A DNA stretch of 64,000 bases from an uncultured Actinomycetota bacterium (GTDB lineage: Bacteria; Actinomycetota; Actinomycetes; Streptosporangiales; Streptosporangiaceae). A program made the translations under genes and the position numbers. The notes beneath the pieces are model-generated. The model was given only the letters and a program-made list of their open reading frames with translations, was not told where the DNA came from and ran no database searches. The number at the start of each line of letters is the position of its first letter. Positions within the stretch are counted from its first letter, which is position 1. This document shows, piece by piece, positions 1-9,266 of the stretch. Location of the stretch: the NCBI GenBank assembly GCA_963831615.1, contig CAWHQU010000010.1, positions 27,404 to 91,403 on the forward strand, in the 5' to 3' direction.

Positions 1-1008
1 GTGAAACTCGAACAAAAGCAGCTCGGTCCAGGCGGCGCTCAGCTCGGCCTGCCGGTCGGGCCGCGCTGCCAGGCGGGCTGCGATGGCCTCGACAGCCTCA
101 GCGTCCAGCAGCGTCCCGTCGGCAGCATCGTGCCCTGCCTTCACCCAGGCGCTGACCGAGTAGCAGCCAACGGCGTGATGCTGAAGCTCGTCGCAGACGA
201 CCTCGACGTCATCGGCCAGCTGCTCGGCCCTGACAAGATCGAAATACTCGCCGGGATCGCCGTAACGCAGACCCGGGAAGCCAGGGCTGAGGCGGTCGAT
301 CTCGGCCAGCGTTGCCTTCGTCGGGCCGCCGCCATGGTTGCCAACCCCGACGAACAGCATCATCGGGCTGTGCTCGGTGGCGGCAAGCTCGGCGCCACGT
401 TCCAGCCTGGCCTCGATACCGGAGGGGCCGTGGGTCTCGTACGCGACGGGGATCCGGTAGGCCAGTAGCTCGGCACCGCTGCGGTCACGCCAGCGGAACA
501 GCTGGCTTGGCAGTTCGCGCTCGGCGTCACCGGGCCGCATGAAAACGTAGCTGGTCAGCCCGGCTGCGCGCAGCAGCTGCGGCAGGCCGGCGTTGTGGCC
601 GAACGAGTCGACGTTGTATCCGACCGTCGCGGTGCGGCCGAACTCGCGGTGGAAGAAGCGCTGGCCCGCCAGCAGCTGGCGGCAAAATCCCTCACCTGAC
701 GGCAGGTTACAGTCGGGCTCGACCCACATGCCGCCAGCCAGATACCAGCGGCCGGCGGCCACAGCCGCTTTGATCTCGGCGAACATCGCCGGATCGTGCT
801 CTGCGATCCAGGCATGGTGGGAGGCCGAGCTGGCGGTGAAGATCAGGTCAGGATGCTCTGCGATCCGGTCCAGCGCGGACCGGAATGTTGCCCAGACCTC
901 GCCGAACCCCTCGCGCCAGTCCCAGATCCAGATTGGATCCATGTGCGCGTTCGCGATGACGTGCAGTTCGTAGGTGCCTGTCGCCGGGCGCTGCGCTTCG
1001 ATGGTCAC
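1..1008 (-). CDS. Glycoside hydrolase family 38 alpha-mannosidase, N-terminal part (3' end lies beyond the window start)
   Basis: Not in the ORF track. My translation of the minus strand from GTG at 1006-1008 reads VTIEAQRPATGTYELHVIANAHMDPIWIWDWREGFGEVW...LAGGMWVEPDCNLPSGEGFCRQLL...NVDSFGHNAGLPQLL and stays open to base 1. AHxDxxW and GGxWVExDxNxPSGE are hallmark GH38 N-terminal motifs. Confidence 0.75.
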   Translation of the reverse strand, partial: MTIEAQRPATGTYELHVIANAHMDPIWIWDWREGFGEVWATFRSALDRIAEHPDLIFTASSASHHAWIAEHDPAMFAEIKAAVAAGRWYLAGGMWVEPDCNLPSGEGFCRQLLAGQRFFHREFGRTATVGYNVDSFGHNAGLPQLLRAAGLTSYVFMRPGDAERELPSQLFRWRDRSGAELLAYRIPVAYETHGPSGIEARLERGAELAATEHSPMMLFVGVGNHGGGPTKATLAEIDRLSPGFPGLRYGDPGEYFDLVRAEQLADDVEVVCDELQHHAVGCYSVSAWVKAGHDAADGTLLDAEAVEAIAARLAARPDRQAELSAAWTELLLFEFH

Positions 1009-1041
1009 CGGCACGTTCCTTCCTGTGTCCTGCCCGCGGAG

Positions 1042-1854
1042 TTAACCTTTCAGGGCGCCGCCGAGAGCGAAGCCCTGCCCTATCCACCTGGTGATGACGA
1101 GGTACAGCGCGACCGGCGGCAGCGCGTAGAGCACTGCGAATGCCGCCACGTCCCCGTAGTTGATCTGGTACTGGCCGAAGTAGCTGTACATGGTGACCGC
1201 GGCCGGCGCGTTCTGGTTCTGCAGCAGCACAAACGGGATGAAGAACTCGCCCCATGCGTTCACGAACGTGTAGACGGCGATGACGCTCATGCCCGGCAAG
1301 ATGGACGGCACCACGATGCGCAGCAACGAGCCGAGCCGGGACGTGCCGTCCATCCAGGCCGCTTCCTCAAGCTCGCGCGGCACATTGTCGATGAAGCTGC
1401 GCGCTATCCAGGTGCCGAATGGCAGCGCGGTGGCAGTCATGAACCACACGGTCCAGAACCTTGAGTTGATGAAGTTGAGCGTCACGAAGAAGTCGTAGGT
1501 AGGAATGATGATCGCGATGATCGGCAGTCCGGTCAGGAACACCAGCAGGTATACGAAGTACTGCTGAGCCCGGGACGGGAACCGCGACAGCGGGTAGCCG
1601 GCCAGCACGCCTATCACGGTCGTGCACACCATCGTGCCGCCTGCCAGGTATAGCGAGTTGCCGAGCGCGGTCAGGAAACCGCCGCGCAGCACCGAGCCGA
1701 AATGCGACAGCGTGATGCCGCCACCGCCGCCAAGCTGGAGTGACGGGTGCCGCTCGAACGCTGAAAGGAGCAGCCAGGCAAACGGCACCAGGAACAGCAG
1801 GCAGATCACGATCATTACCGCGGGAGCCAGCCAGCGTCGCCAGGTTTTCGACAT
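1042..1854 (-). CDS. Carbohydrate ABC transporter permease (MalG-like, BPD_transp_1)
   Basis: 270-aa ORF with multiple hydrophobic segments and the permease EAA-type loop (ELEEAAWMDGTSRLGSLLRIVVPSILPG). Sits in an operon with a second permease and a binding protein. Confidence 0.85.
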   Translation of the reverse strand: MSKTWRRWLAPAVMIVICLLFLVPFAWLLLSAFERHPSLQLGGGGGITLSHFGSVLRGGFLTALGNSLYLAGGTMVCTTVIGVLAGYPLSRFPSRAQQYFVYLLVFLTGLPIIAIIIPTYDFFVTLNFINSRFWTVWFMTATALPFGTWIARSFIDNVPRELEEAAWMDGTSRLGSLLRIVVPSILPGMSVIAVYTFVNAWGEFFIPFVLLQNQNAPAAVTMYSYFGQYQINYGDVAAFAVLYALPPVALYLVITRWIGQGFALGGALKG

Positions 1855-1862
1855 CTGCGGCC

Positions 1863-2804
1863 CTACCTGGCCATGTTCAGGGCGCCCTGGCGCCTCAGGA
1901 TACGGATATAGGTGACCGCGAAGACCGCGCCGATGGCGAGCAGGACGACCGAGATTGCTGTCCCGTAGGCTAGCTGGAACGTCACGAACGCTTGCTGGTA
2001 CATGAAGACCGACAGCACGGTCGAGCTAGTGCCGGGGCCGCCTCCGGTCATCGCGAAGATAAGCGTGAAGTCGTTCAGCGTGCCCAACGTGATCAGCACC
2101 AGGTCGACCAGGATCGTGGTTGACAGCAGCGGGATGATGATCCGGTACAGGCGCCGCCAGGCGCTCGCGCCGTCGATCTGCGCGGCCTCGATCAGGTCAG
2201 CGGGCACGTCCGACAACGCGGCCGAGAACAGCAGGTAGGAGAACGCGACGCCGCGCCAGGTGTTCGCCAGGCTCACCGAGATCATCGGATGGCTGATCAG
2301 CCAGGTGCTGTAGGGCAGCCCGACCGCGTGCAGTCCCTGCTGCACGGTCCCGCCGTTGCTGAGCAGCGTGAACCACATCCAAGCAGCGATGATCTCCGGG
2401 ATCAGCCACGCCGCGATGATGACCGAGCCCACAACGGCGCGGACCACGTAGGGGCAGCGCTGCATCAGATAGGCGATCAGGAAGCCGAACACTGCCTGGC
2501 CCAGGTAGGCGGAGGCAACGAGGTAGTACAGGCTGACGAGCACCGAGTGCACCAGGCCGCTGCCGGAGGCGAACAGCTCGCGGTAGTTGGCCAGCCCGAT
2601 GAACTGCCAGTGGCTCGCGGTCGGCCCGGTGATCGCCTTGTTCGTCAATGACAGGACCAGCGTCCAGACGATCGGCCACCCGAGGAAAGCCACGACCACG
2701 ACCGTGAGCGGCGCCAGCATTGTCAGAGCGGTCAGTTTCCGGCGGCTGCGGGCACCCATCCGAACCGGGCCGGTCGTTAGCCGGGTCTGCGTCAAGCTGG
2801 CCAC
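1863..2804 (-). CDS. Carbohydrate ABC transporter permease (MalF-like)
   Basis: ORF 1863..2933 with EAA loop (DLIEAAQIDGASAWRRLYRIIIPLL). Preferred start is GTG at 2802-2804, preceded 5 nt upstream by GGGAAGGAGGA. The longer N-terminus is Arg/Pro-rich and looks non-coding. Confidence 0.8.
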   Translation of the reverse strand: MASLTQTRLTTGPVRMGARSRRKLTALTMLAPLTVVVVAFLGWPIVWTLVLSLTNKAITGPTASHWQFIGLANYRELFASGSGLVHSVLVSLYYLVASAYLGQAVFGFLIAYLMQRCPYVVRAVVGSVIIAAWLIPEIIAAWMWFTLLSNGGTVQQGLHAVGLPYSTWLISHPMISVSLANTWRGVAFSYLLFSAALSDVPADLIEAAQIDGASAWRRLYRIIIPLLSTTILVDLVLITLGTLNDFTLIFAMTGGGPGTSSTVLSVFMYQQAFVTFQLAYGTAISVVLLAIGAVFAVTYIRILRRQGALNMAR

Positions 2805-2901
2805 CAGTTCCTCCTTCCCAGACCGTCTGCGCGCAGCCTGTGCGGGCCGCCCAAGGGCCGGCGGCCGGCGACGTCGCTCCGCCGCCGGCCCGCCGGGTGT
2901 C

Positions 2902-4279
2902 CTAACCTGCCCCAGCCTGCGTCTTCGAGGCACCTACGATCGACGTCACCTTCGCTTCGAAGGCTGCCTCGGCTGCTGCCGCCGTCATCGAGCCGGAGGC
3001 GACCTCACCGGTCAGCGACGCGATCTCATTCGAGACCTGGGTGTAGTCGGACTGATTCGGCCGGAACGTGGTGTACGGCAGGAACGAAGTTGCGAGCGTT
3101 AGGTACGGGTCCTGCGCTGTGAGCTGCCGCCAGACCGGCTGACTCGTCACGTCACCGCGCGGCGGGATGTCGCCGTCGAGTGCGTCATACTGAGCGAGGT
3201 TGGGCGCGCTCGACATGTCCTCGATCATGTCGAGTGCGAGCGATGGGTTGTGCGCCCGCACCGGAATGGACCAGGCCCAGCCACCTGACTGGTCGATGTA
3301 GCCAGCTCCCTGACCGTCGCTGGTGGGCAGCTTGGCAACTTTGTAGTCAGAGAAGAATGCAGGCCACGGCTTGGGGCCGCCCTTGACATAGTTCTCTGAC
3401 ACCCACATGCCGTCGAAGATCATGCCCACCTTCTGCTCGGGCATCAGGGTCAGGTTGGCAGTCGAAGAGCCGTTCGGGTTCGACCAGTCCGACTCCGGCT
3501 CCTCATAAGGCCGCATAGCCTGCAGGAAGTTCCAGGTCGTTGTGAAACCAGAGCCGGAGACCTCCCACTTGCCGGTGGCCGAGTCGTACAGTTGCTGCCC
3601 GGTGCCGTTCAGGAACACTTCGAAGCCGCGGAATGACGAGGCCTCCCCGAGCGGCAAGCCCGTATAGATCCAGGCCGGAATGACGCCGGGATCGGCTGCC
3701 TTCAGCTTCTTCGCCGCCGACTCAATGTCGGCCAGGCTGTGCGGCTGCCACGGCACCGCAATGCCTGCCTTCTTGAACAGATTCGCGTCGTAATAAATGA
3801 ACTGCACGTCGGTGCCGTTCATGACGCCGTAGATCTTGCCGTCGTAGGTGATGATCTTCTGCATGGCCGGGGCGAACGCTGACCAGCCGGACCAGCTAGC
3901 CAGCTGCGGCAGCGCTCGGATGTATCCCGCACTGGAGTCAGCGCCGATGAGGAAAGAGTCCTCAAGCACCACGTCGGGGGACGTGCTGGAACTGGACTCC
4001 TGCAGGTCCAGCTTGGCGTAATACTGCGACTCGGAGTCGGTGGTGATCGGGTCGGTGACGACCTTCACGCCAGGATGCTGCTTCGCCAGCTCGGCGGCCG
4101 CCGCCTTGATGAGCTTCGGCGTCGCGTTCGTGCCGGGGATGTCGTTGTTAGTCCAGTACTCAACGGTGAGCGTTTTGCTCGAACCACTCCCGCTGCCCCC
4201 GGAGCCGCCGCACGCGGCGATTAGCGCCGTGCCGAGCAAGCCGGGCGACGCCGGCTGCCCACAGAGCCCGACCTCTCAT
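2902..4279 (-). CDS. Sugar ABC transporter substrate-binding lipoprotein (family 1); apparent 1-nt frame disruption inside the signal peptide
   Basis: ORF 2902..4239 begins (TTG) LGTALIAACGGSGG, a lipobox with no n-region. An ATG at 4277-4279 with AGGGAG upstream overlaps the upstream kinase stop (ATGA) and encodes MRGRALWAAGVA. It joins the main frame if one C of the CCC run (plus-strand GGG 4243-4245) is removed. Confidence 0.75.
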
Positions 4280-5370
4280 TGATGGCTCCCTTCACTCCTG
4301 ACCTCACCATCGGGTACATCGGATAGTCGCGGCCGCGGTAGCACGGCCGACGAGGGCGAGGCGGCAAGTACCGCCCCGGTAAGAAGCCGCGCGGCGGGCG
4401 TGTCAGCATGCCCGACCAGGGCGGCAGCGAGACCGGACCAGTCACCGATGCGCTCGGCGAGCGCGGATGGTTCGATCCGGCAGAGCTTCAGCGAGGAGGC
4501 GAGAGCCTCGTGTCGCAGTACTCCGCGCATGGGCGGCTCCAGGCGGTCCAGCTGCCTGTTGTAGATCCCGCCCATGACGATCACCTCCGGGTTCAGCAGG
4601 TCGATCAGCAAGGCAAGTCCGGCACCGAGTCGCTCGCCCACCGAATGCCACAGTCGCTCCGCTACCGGGTCGCCTTCGTCCGCAGCCCGGCCGACCTGCG
4701 CCGCGGTAAGGCCGGCCACGCTGGCCCAGTCCGGTGCCATCGCGGTCGGTGCGCCGTTGCTGAGCTGTTCGGCTGCCGTTTGCTGAGCCTGGCGGGCGAT
4801 TCCCGATCCGGCGCAGAAGCCCTCGAACGACCCGGCCTTCCCGTGGCCGAGCGGACCCGTCGGCGACAGTCGCCAGTGGCCGACCTCGCCCGCAAGCCCG
4901 GTGGCACCGCGGTACAGCTGGCCGTTGAGCACGAGGCCGGCGCCAAGCCCGGTGCCCATTGTGAGGAATACGACGCTGCGGGCTCCCTTACCCGCGCCCC
5001 AGATCCACTCGGCCAGCGCGCCCGCGTCGGCGTCGTTGAGTAGCGTCGGCCGGACGCCGAACTTCTCGGCGAACGGCGTGAGCACATCGACGGCAGTCCA
5101 CTGCGGCAGGTTGGGGGGTGCCAGTACCAGCCCGGCGTCCTCGTCAAGCGGACTGCCGCAGACGACCCCGATCCCGGCAAGCGTGCCGTCAACTCCGGCA
5201 AGCTGATCCGCCAGCGCCGTTCTCAGTGCTCCCAGCGTGACGACTGGATCGGCGCTCGTCACCAGCTGCTCGCGGGCCAGCCAGTCGTATGTGCCGGTGT
5301 GGCCGCCGCGGGCCAGGGCGACCGTGCTCTTGGTGCCGCCGATGGCCACACTGGCCCAGAGCGGGCTCAC
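4276..5370 (-). CDS. ROK-family sugar kinase
   Basis: VSPLWASVAIGGTKSTV (ATP-binding N-terminus), LNDADAGALAEW, GTGLGAGLVLNGQLYRGATGLAGEVGH. GTG start at 5368-5370 overlaps the SIS gene stop (GTGA). The longer ORF to 5478 overlaps the SIS gene. Confidence 0.8.
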   Translation of the reverse strand: MSPLWASVAIGGTKSTVALARGGHTGTYDWLAREQLVTSADPVVTLGALRTALADQLAGVDGTLAGIGVVCGSPLDEDAGLVLAPPNLPQWTAVDVLTPFAEKFGVRPTLLNDADAGALAEWIWGAGKGARSVVFLTMGTGLGAGLVLNGQLYRGATGLAGEVGHWRLSPTGPLGHGKAGSFEGFCAGSGIARQAQQTAAEQLSNGAPTAMAPDWASVAGLTAAQVGRAADEGDPVAERLWHSVGERLGAGLALLIDLLNPEVIVMGGIYNRQLDRLEPPMRGVLRHEALASSLKLCRIEPSALAERIGDWSGLAAALVGHADTPAARLLTGAVLAASPSSAVLPRPRLSDVPDGEVRSEGSHQ

Positions 5371-6008
5371 CCGTACCACTCCGCTTCGACTGCCAGGCAC
5401 AGCGCGTGATACAGCGGCCGGTGCGCGTCCTGCACCTCCGGTGTGCTGCGGCCTGGTGCTGTCACAAGAACGTCGCACAGGTCAGCCATGGCGCCCCCGC
5501 TCGGACCGGTGAACCCGAGAGTGCGCAAGCCAGCCGCCCGCGCTACGCGCAAGGCGTGCACGACAGTGGCAGAGGAGCCGGAAGTACTCAGCCCCCAGAG
5601 CAGGTCGCCGGGGCGGCCGTAGGCAAGTACTTGCTGAGCGAAGATCAGATCGGCGGCCTGGTCGTTGGCGATCGCCGTCATCAGTGCTGCCTGGCTGACG
5701 AGCGGCAGTACCGGAAATCCCGCCTGCAGCCTGCTGCTGAGGTAACCGTCGTCCCCGGCCGCCTGCAGCGCGCTGATCAGCTGGGCTGGCAGCGGCCTGG
5801 GCAGCGCGCACGGTTTGGCCAGCTCCCCCGCGATGTGCTCGCTGTCGGCAGCGCTGCCACCGTTGCCGCAGACCAGCACCGACCGGCCGGCCCGCAGTAC
5901 GTTCGTCAGCTCGCCGAACGCGGCTAGCACGGACGGCCGGAGCGGCGCCAGGCTGGGGTGGCTGACGAACATGTCGTCCCAGATCCGGGACACCGAGACC
6001 GTAGTCAC
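5367..6008 (-). CDS. SIS-domain sugar-phosphate isomerase (GmhA/phosphoheptose isomerase-like)
   Basis: VLVCGNGGSAADSEHIAGELAK and LLWGLSTSGSS are SIS/GmhA-type motifs. The start overlaps the upstream regulator stop by 4 nt. Confidence 0.8.
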   Translation of the reverse strand: MTTVSVSRIWDDMFVSHPSLAPLRPSVLAAFGELTNVLRAGRSVLVCGNGGSAADSEHIAGELAKPCALPRPLPAQLISALQAAGDDGYLSSRLQAGFPVLPLVSQAALMTAIANDQAADLIFAQQVLAYGRPGDLLWGLSTSGSSATVVHALRVARAAGLRTLGFTGPSGGAMADLCDVLVTAPGRSTPEVQDAHRPLYHALCLAVEAEWYG

Positions 6009-7285
6009 CGGTTACCTCGCTGCCACCCAGCCGATGCGCCGGCTGGTATTCCGGCAATGTCGGCGCCCGACGGGAGCAGCCGGTCCAGTACGGCGCTCGC
6101 CGCCCCGACTGCTCCGGCAGCCTCGCCGAGTTCCGAGCAAAGAACTGTTACTGGCCGCACTGCCCGCGCGATAGGCCAGTCCGTCAGTGCCTGCCGGACC
6201 GCCGGTACGAGCCACTGCGATGCCTGCAGAAGATGCTGGCCGCCTAGCACTACCGTGTCGACGTCGAACAGGTTGACGGCGCCCACAAGGGCCTGCGCGA
6301 GCAACTGCCCAGCCCGCTGGAATAGCGCATCGAGTTCAGGCTCGTCCGGCGCGCGGCCGATCAGCTCATCGAAACTGCCGGGGAAGCCGGCAGCTTCAGC
6401 CTGACGGCAGATGGCGGCTACGGACGCCTCGGCCTCTAGGCAGCCGCGCGCGCCGCACGGACAGTTCTCACCGTTCGGCACGACCGGGATGTGGCCCAGT
6501 TCCAGCGAGTTACCGGTCGTGCCGCGGTAGGTTTCCAGGTCCAGCACCAGGCCACCGCCAACGCCGACGCCCCAGTGGCAGTACAGGAAGTTGGTCAGCA
6601 CGGTGCGCAATTGCCACGCCTCGCCGATCGCGGCGGCTGTGGCGACGTTCTCGATCTGCACCGGCAAGGGCAAGTCCGCGGAAAAGAGCGCTCGCGCGTC
6701 GATGCCTTCCCAGTGCGCAAAGTTCGGCGGGTTGACCAGTCGCTGGCTGAGCGGGTCGATCGGACCAGGCAAGGCCAGGCCGATCACAGGGAGCCGGGGA
6801 CCATCGGAGGCAGCGAGCTTCGCCGTCAGCCTGTGGTAGAGCTCCTCGACGCGGCGGATGGTCTTGCCCGGCGGCTCGCCATGCTCGCTGCGGACGCTCT
6901 GACTGACGACCACGGTGCCGGTGAGGTCGATCCAGGCGGCATCAGCTCTGTCTCGCTCAATACTGCAGCCGAACGCCAGCGCACCGCGTGGCCTGATCCG
7001 CACGCCTATCGGGTGCCGGCCGAGCCCTTGCTGCGGTTCGGCGCCGGTCTCCTCGATGAGTCCCTGCTCCAGCAAGACCCGGATGATGTCGCCAACCGAC
7101 TGCGCGCTCAGGCCGGTGGAGCGCACCAGGCTGACCCTGGATAGTGCCTCGCCGCGTCGGATCAAGTGGAACACTCGCCGCTCGTTGAACCGGCGCACCT
7201 GCTGCTGCGGCGTCTCCTCCCGGCCGCGGGCTGGCGGTTCGGGGCGCACTGTGCCGCGAGTCTCGGTGGTGACGTCGCCGGCCAA
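6005..7285 (-). CDS. ROK-family transcriptional regulator (N-terminal winged HTH plus ROK domain)
   Basis: N-terminus NERRVFHLIRRGEALSRVSLVRSTGLSAQSVGDIIRVLLEQGLI (wHTH), then the ROK core with CPCGARGCLE zinc motif. TTG start at 7283-7285, exact start uncertain. Confidence 0.8.
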   Translation of the reverse strand: MAGDVTTETRGTVRPEPPARGREETPQQQVRRFNERRVFHLIRRGEALSRVSLVRSTGLSAQSVGDIIRVLLEQGLIEETGAEPQQGLGRHPIGVRIRPRGALAFGCSIERDRADAAWIDLTGTVVVSQSVRSEHGEPPGKTIRRVEELYHRLTAKLAASDGPRLPVIGLALPGPIDPLSQRLVNPPNFAHWEGIDARALFSADLPLPVQIENVATAAAIGEAWQLRTVLTNFLYCHWGVGVGGGLVLDLETYRGTTGNSLELGHIPVVPNGENCPCGARGCLEAEASVAAICRQAEAAGFPGSFDELIGRAPDEPELDALFQRAGQLLAQALVGAVNLFDVDTVVLGGQHLLQASQWLVPAVRQALTDWPIARAVRPVTVLCSELGEAAGAVGAASAVLDRLLPSGADIAGIPAGASAGWQRGNR

Positions 7286-7299
7286 GTGATCACTCCACG

Positions 7300-7334
7300 G
7301 CTATATATTTCCTCAAGTTGAGGAAATATATAGC
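7300..7334. promoter_or_regulatory. Perfect 35-bp AT-rich palindrome, candidate operator of the ROK regulator (may also fold as the truB-operon terminator)
   Basis: GCTATATATTTCCTCAA-G-TTGAGGAAATATATAGC: 17-bp arms checked base by base, single central G. Lies 15 bp upstream of the regulator start in an otherwise GC-rich region. Confidence 0.6.
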
Positions 7335-7377
7335 ACGGCGCGTCGCTGAGGATCTAGTGGCAATCGCGAAATTAGGA

Positions 7378-8271
7378 CTAAGAAACGAAGACCGCGAGCG
7401 ATCGTGCGCGGCCACCGTCGTCGGTCAGCAGCGCGACCAGTGACCCGTCCGGACCGAACGCGGCGACCGGCCCCGGACCGGTCCCGGTCGGGTCGAGCTT
7501 TCCGCCGTGGCTGAGCAGCCGGGCCTCGTCCGCGCTTAGCTCGCGCCGCGGGAACGCCGCGGCCGCTGCCTCGGCCAGGCCAGTCAGCGCGACCCCCGAC
7601 GGCTGCTCCGCCTCGCTGGCGAGCTCATCGAGCGTTCGCGCCTGGCTGACCAGGTACGGGCCTACCCGGGTGCGCCGCAACGCGGTCAGGTGCCCGCCGA
7701 CCCCCAGCGCCGCGCCGAGGTCACGCGCCAGCGCCCGGATGTAGGTCCCGCTCGAGCACGTCACCGCCACGTCAACGTCGAGCAGGTCGTCGCGGCGGCG
7801 CACGGCGACGATATCGAACCTGGAGACAGTCACGGCCCTGGCCGCCAGCTCGGGCGCCTGGCCCGCCCTGGCCAGCTGGTACGCCCGCCTGCCGCCGACC
7901 TTGATGGCACTCACGCCAGGCGGGATCTGGCTGATCTCGCCGGTCAGCGCGCCGGCAGCGCGCAGTAGTTCGTCATCGCCGATATTTCTGGCGGAAACGA
8001 AGCTGATCAGCTGGCCGTCGGCATCATCGCTATCGGTGGTCTGGCCGAGCCGGATGGTGCCTGAGTACTCCTTCTCCGTCAGCGCCAGGTAACCGAGCAG
8101 CCGGGTCGCTTTCTCCACGCCGACGACAAGCACGCCGGTCGCCATCGGGTCCAGGGTTCCGGCATGCCCGACTCGCTTGGTGCCCGCGAGCTTGCGGATG
8201 CGCGCGACGACGTCATGCGAGGTCCAGCCGGCCGGCTTGTCGACGATGACGAGCCCGCCCGGTGCGGTCAC
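7378..8271 (-). CDS. truB: tRNA pseudouridine(55) synthase TruB
   Basis: GLVIVDKPAGWTSHDVVARIRKLAGTKRVGHAGTLDPMATGVLVVGVEKATRLL is the TruB catalytic-Asp region. GTG start at 8269-8271 overlaps the upstream stop (GTGA). Confidence 0.9.
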   Translation of the reverse strand: MTAPGGLVIVDKPAGWTSHDVVARIRKLAGTKRVGHAGTLDPMATGVLVVGVEKATRLLGYLALTEKEYSGTIRLGQTTDSDDADGQLISFVSARNIGDDELLRAAGALTGEISQIPPGVSAIKVGGRRAYQLARAGQAPELAARAVTVSRFDIVAVRRRDDLLDVDVAVTCSSGTYIRALARDLGAALGVGGHLTALRRTRVGPYLVSQARTLDELASEAEQPSGVALTGLAEAAAAAFPRRELSADEARLLSHGGKLDPTGTGPGPVAAFGPDGSLVALLTDDGGRARSLAVFVS

Positions 8272-9266
8272 CGATCGTCCAGCAGTTGCCGCAGGGCGGA
8301 GATAGCCGCACCCTCCCCGCCGGAATAGGAGAATCCGGCGGCTCGGGCGTGGCCACCCCCGCCCAGCGCAGCGCATATCGCGCCCACATCGACGGCGGCT
8401 TTCGACCGTACCGAGACCTGCCAGATTCCGGCGTCATCCTCTTTCAGCACGACTGCGACCTCAGCCTCGTCAGTCTTGCGGATTACGTCGATCACCGACT
8501 CAGTCGCCTCAAGCGGCAAGCCTGCACTGGCGCGGTCTGCCCGGGTGACAGTCGTCCAGACCAGGCCGAGGCCGCCGGCGGCTCCGGGCTCGAGGACGGC
8601 GCGGCCAAGCGCTGCCGACAGCATGCGAAGGTAACTGAACGGCGCGCGATCGTAGAGCTCCCGGGACACTGTGCCGGGGTCAATGCCGGTCGCCAGCAAC
8701 CGTGCTGCCAGTTCGTGCACCTGCGGCGTGGTGGCCGCGTACTTGAACGACCCGGTGTCGGTCACCAGTCCGGCATACAGGCCGAGCGCGATGTCCCGGG
8801 TCAGCGGGATACCCAGCCGGTCGATCAGCTCGGCGGCGAGCACGGCGGTCGCTGCTGAGGCAGGGTCGACCAGGTTGACCGTGCCGAAGCCGGCGTTGGA
8901 CGCGTGATGATCGAGCACGATCAGCGCCCCGGCCGCTTCTGCCGGACCGGCCAGCTGGCCGAGGCGGTCGATGCTGGCGGCGTCGAACGAGATCACGACT
9001 TCGGGCTGGTCCGGGTACTCGGCTGGCCGGCGCAGCATCGACTGACCAGGCAGGAACCGCAGGATGCCCGGCACCTCGAACGGATCGTCGCCGAACGACG
9101 CGACGACCGCACGGTCACCCGTGCGGCTAGCCAGCGCGACCGCGACCGCGAGCATAGAGCCCAGCGCGTCGGCGTCGGGCCGCACGTGACAGGCCAGGCA
9201 GACCTGACCGGCGCCGTCGATGATCTTGACGGCGCCGGACCAGTCAGCCTCACTGATCGTCGTCAT
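8268..9266 (-). CDS. nrnA: DHH/DHHA1 phosphoesterase (NrnA/CnpB-like nanoRNase / pAp phosphatase)
   Basis: CHVRPDADALGS (DHH motif I region), LDHHASN (DHH), GGGGHARAAG (DHHA1 GGGH). Conserved position between rbfA and truB in actinobacteria. Confidence 0.8.
   Translation of the reverse strand: MTTISEADWSGAVKIIDGAGQVCLACHVRPDADALGSMLAVAVALASRTGDRAVVASFGDDPFEVPGILRFLPGQSMLRRPAEYPDQPEVVISFDAASIDRLGQLAGPAEAAGALIVLDHHASNAGFGTVNLVDPASAATAVLAAELIDRLGIPLTRDIALGLYAGLVTDTGSFKYAATTPQVHELAARLLATGIDPGTVSRELYDRAPFSYLRMLSAALGRAVLEPGAAGGLGLVWTTVTRADRASAGLPLEATESVIDVIRKTDEAEVAVVLKEDDAGIWQVSVRSKAAVDVGAICAALGGGGHARAAGFSYSGGEGAAISALRQLLDDR

Noticed and set aside
1-468. 155-aa plus-strand ORF at the window start
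   Set aside because: It is antisense to a clearly recognisable GH38 alpha-mannosidase reading frame and has no recognisable motifs. Long antisense ORFs are expected in high-GC DNA.
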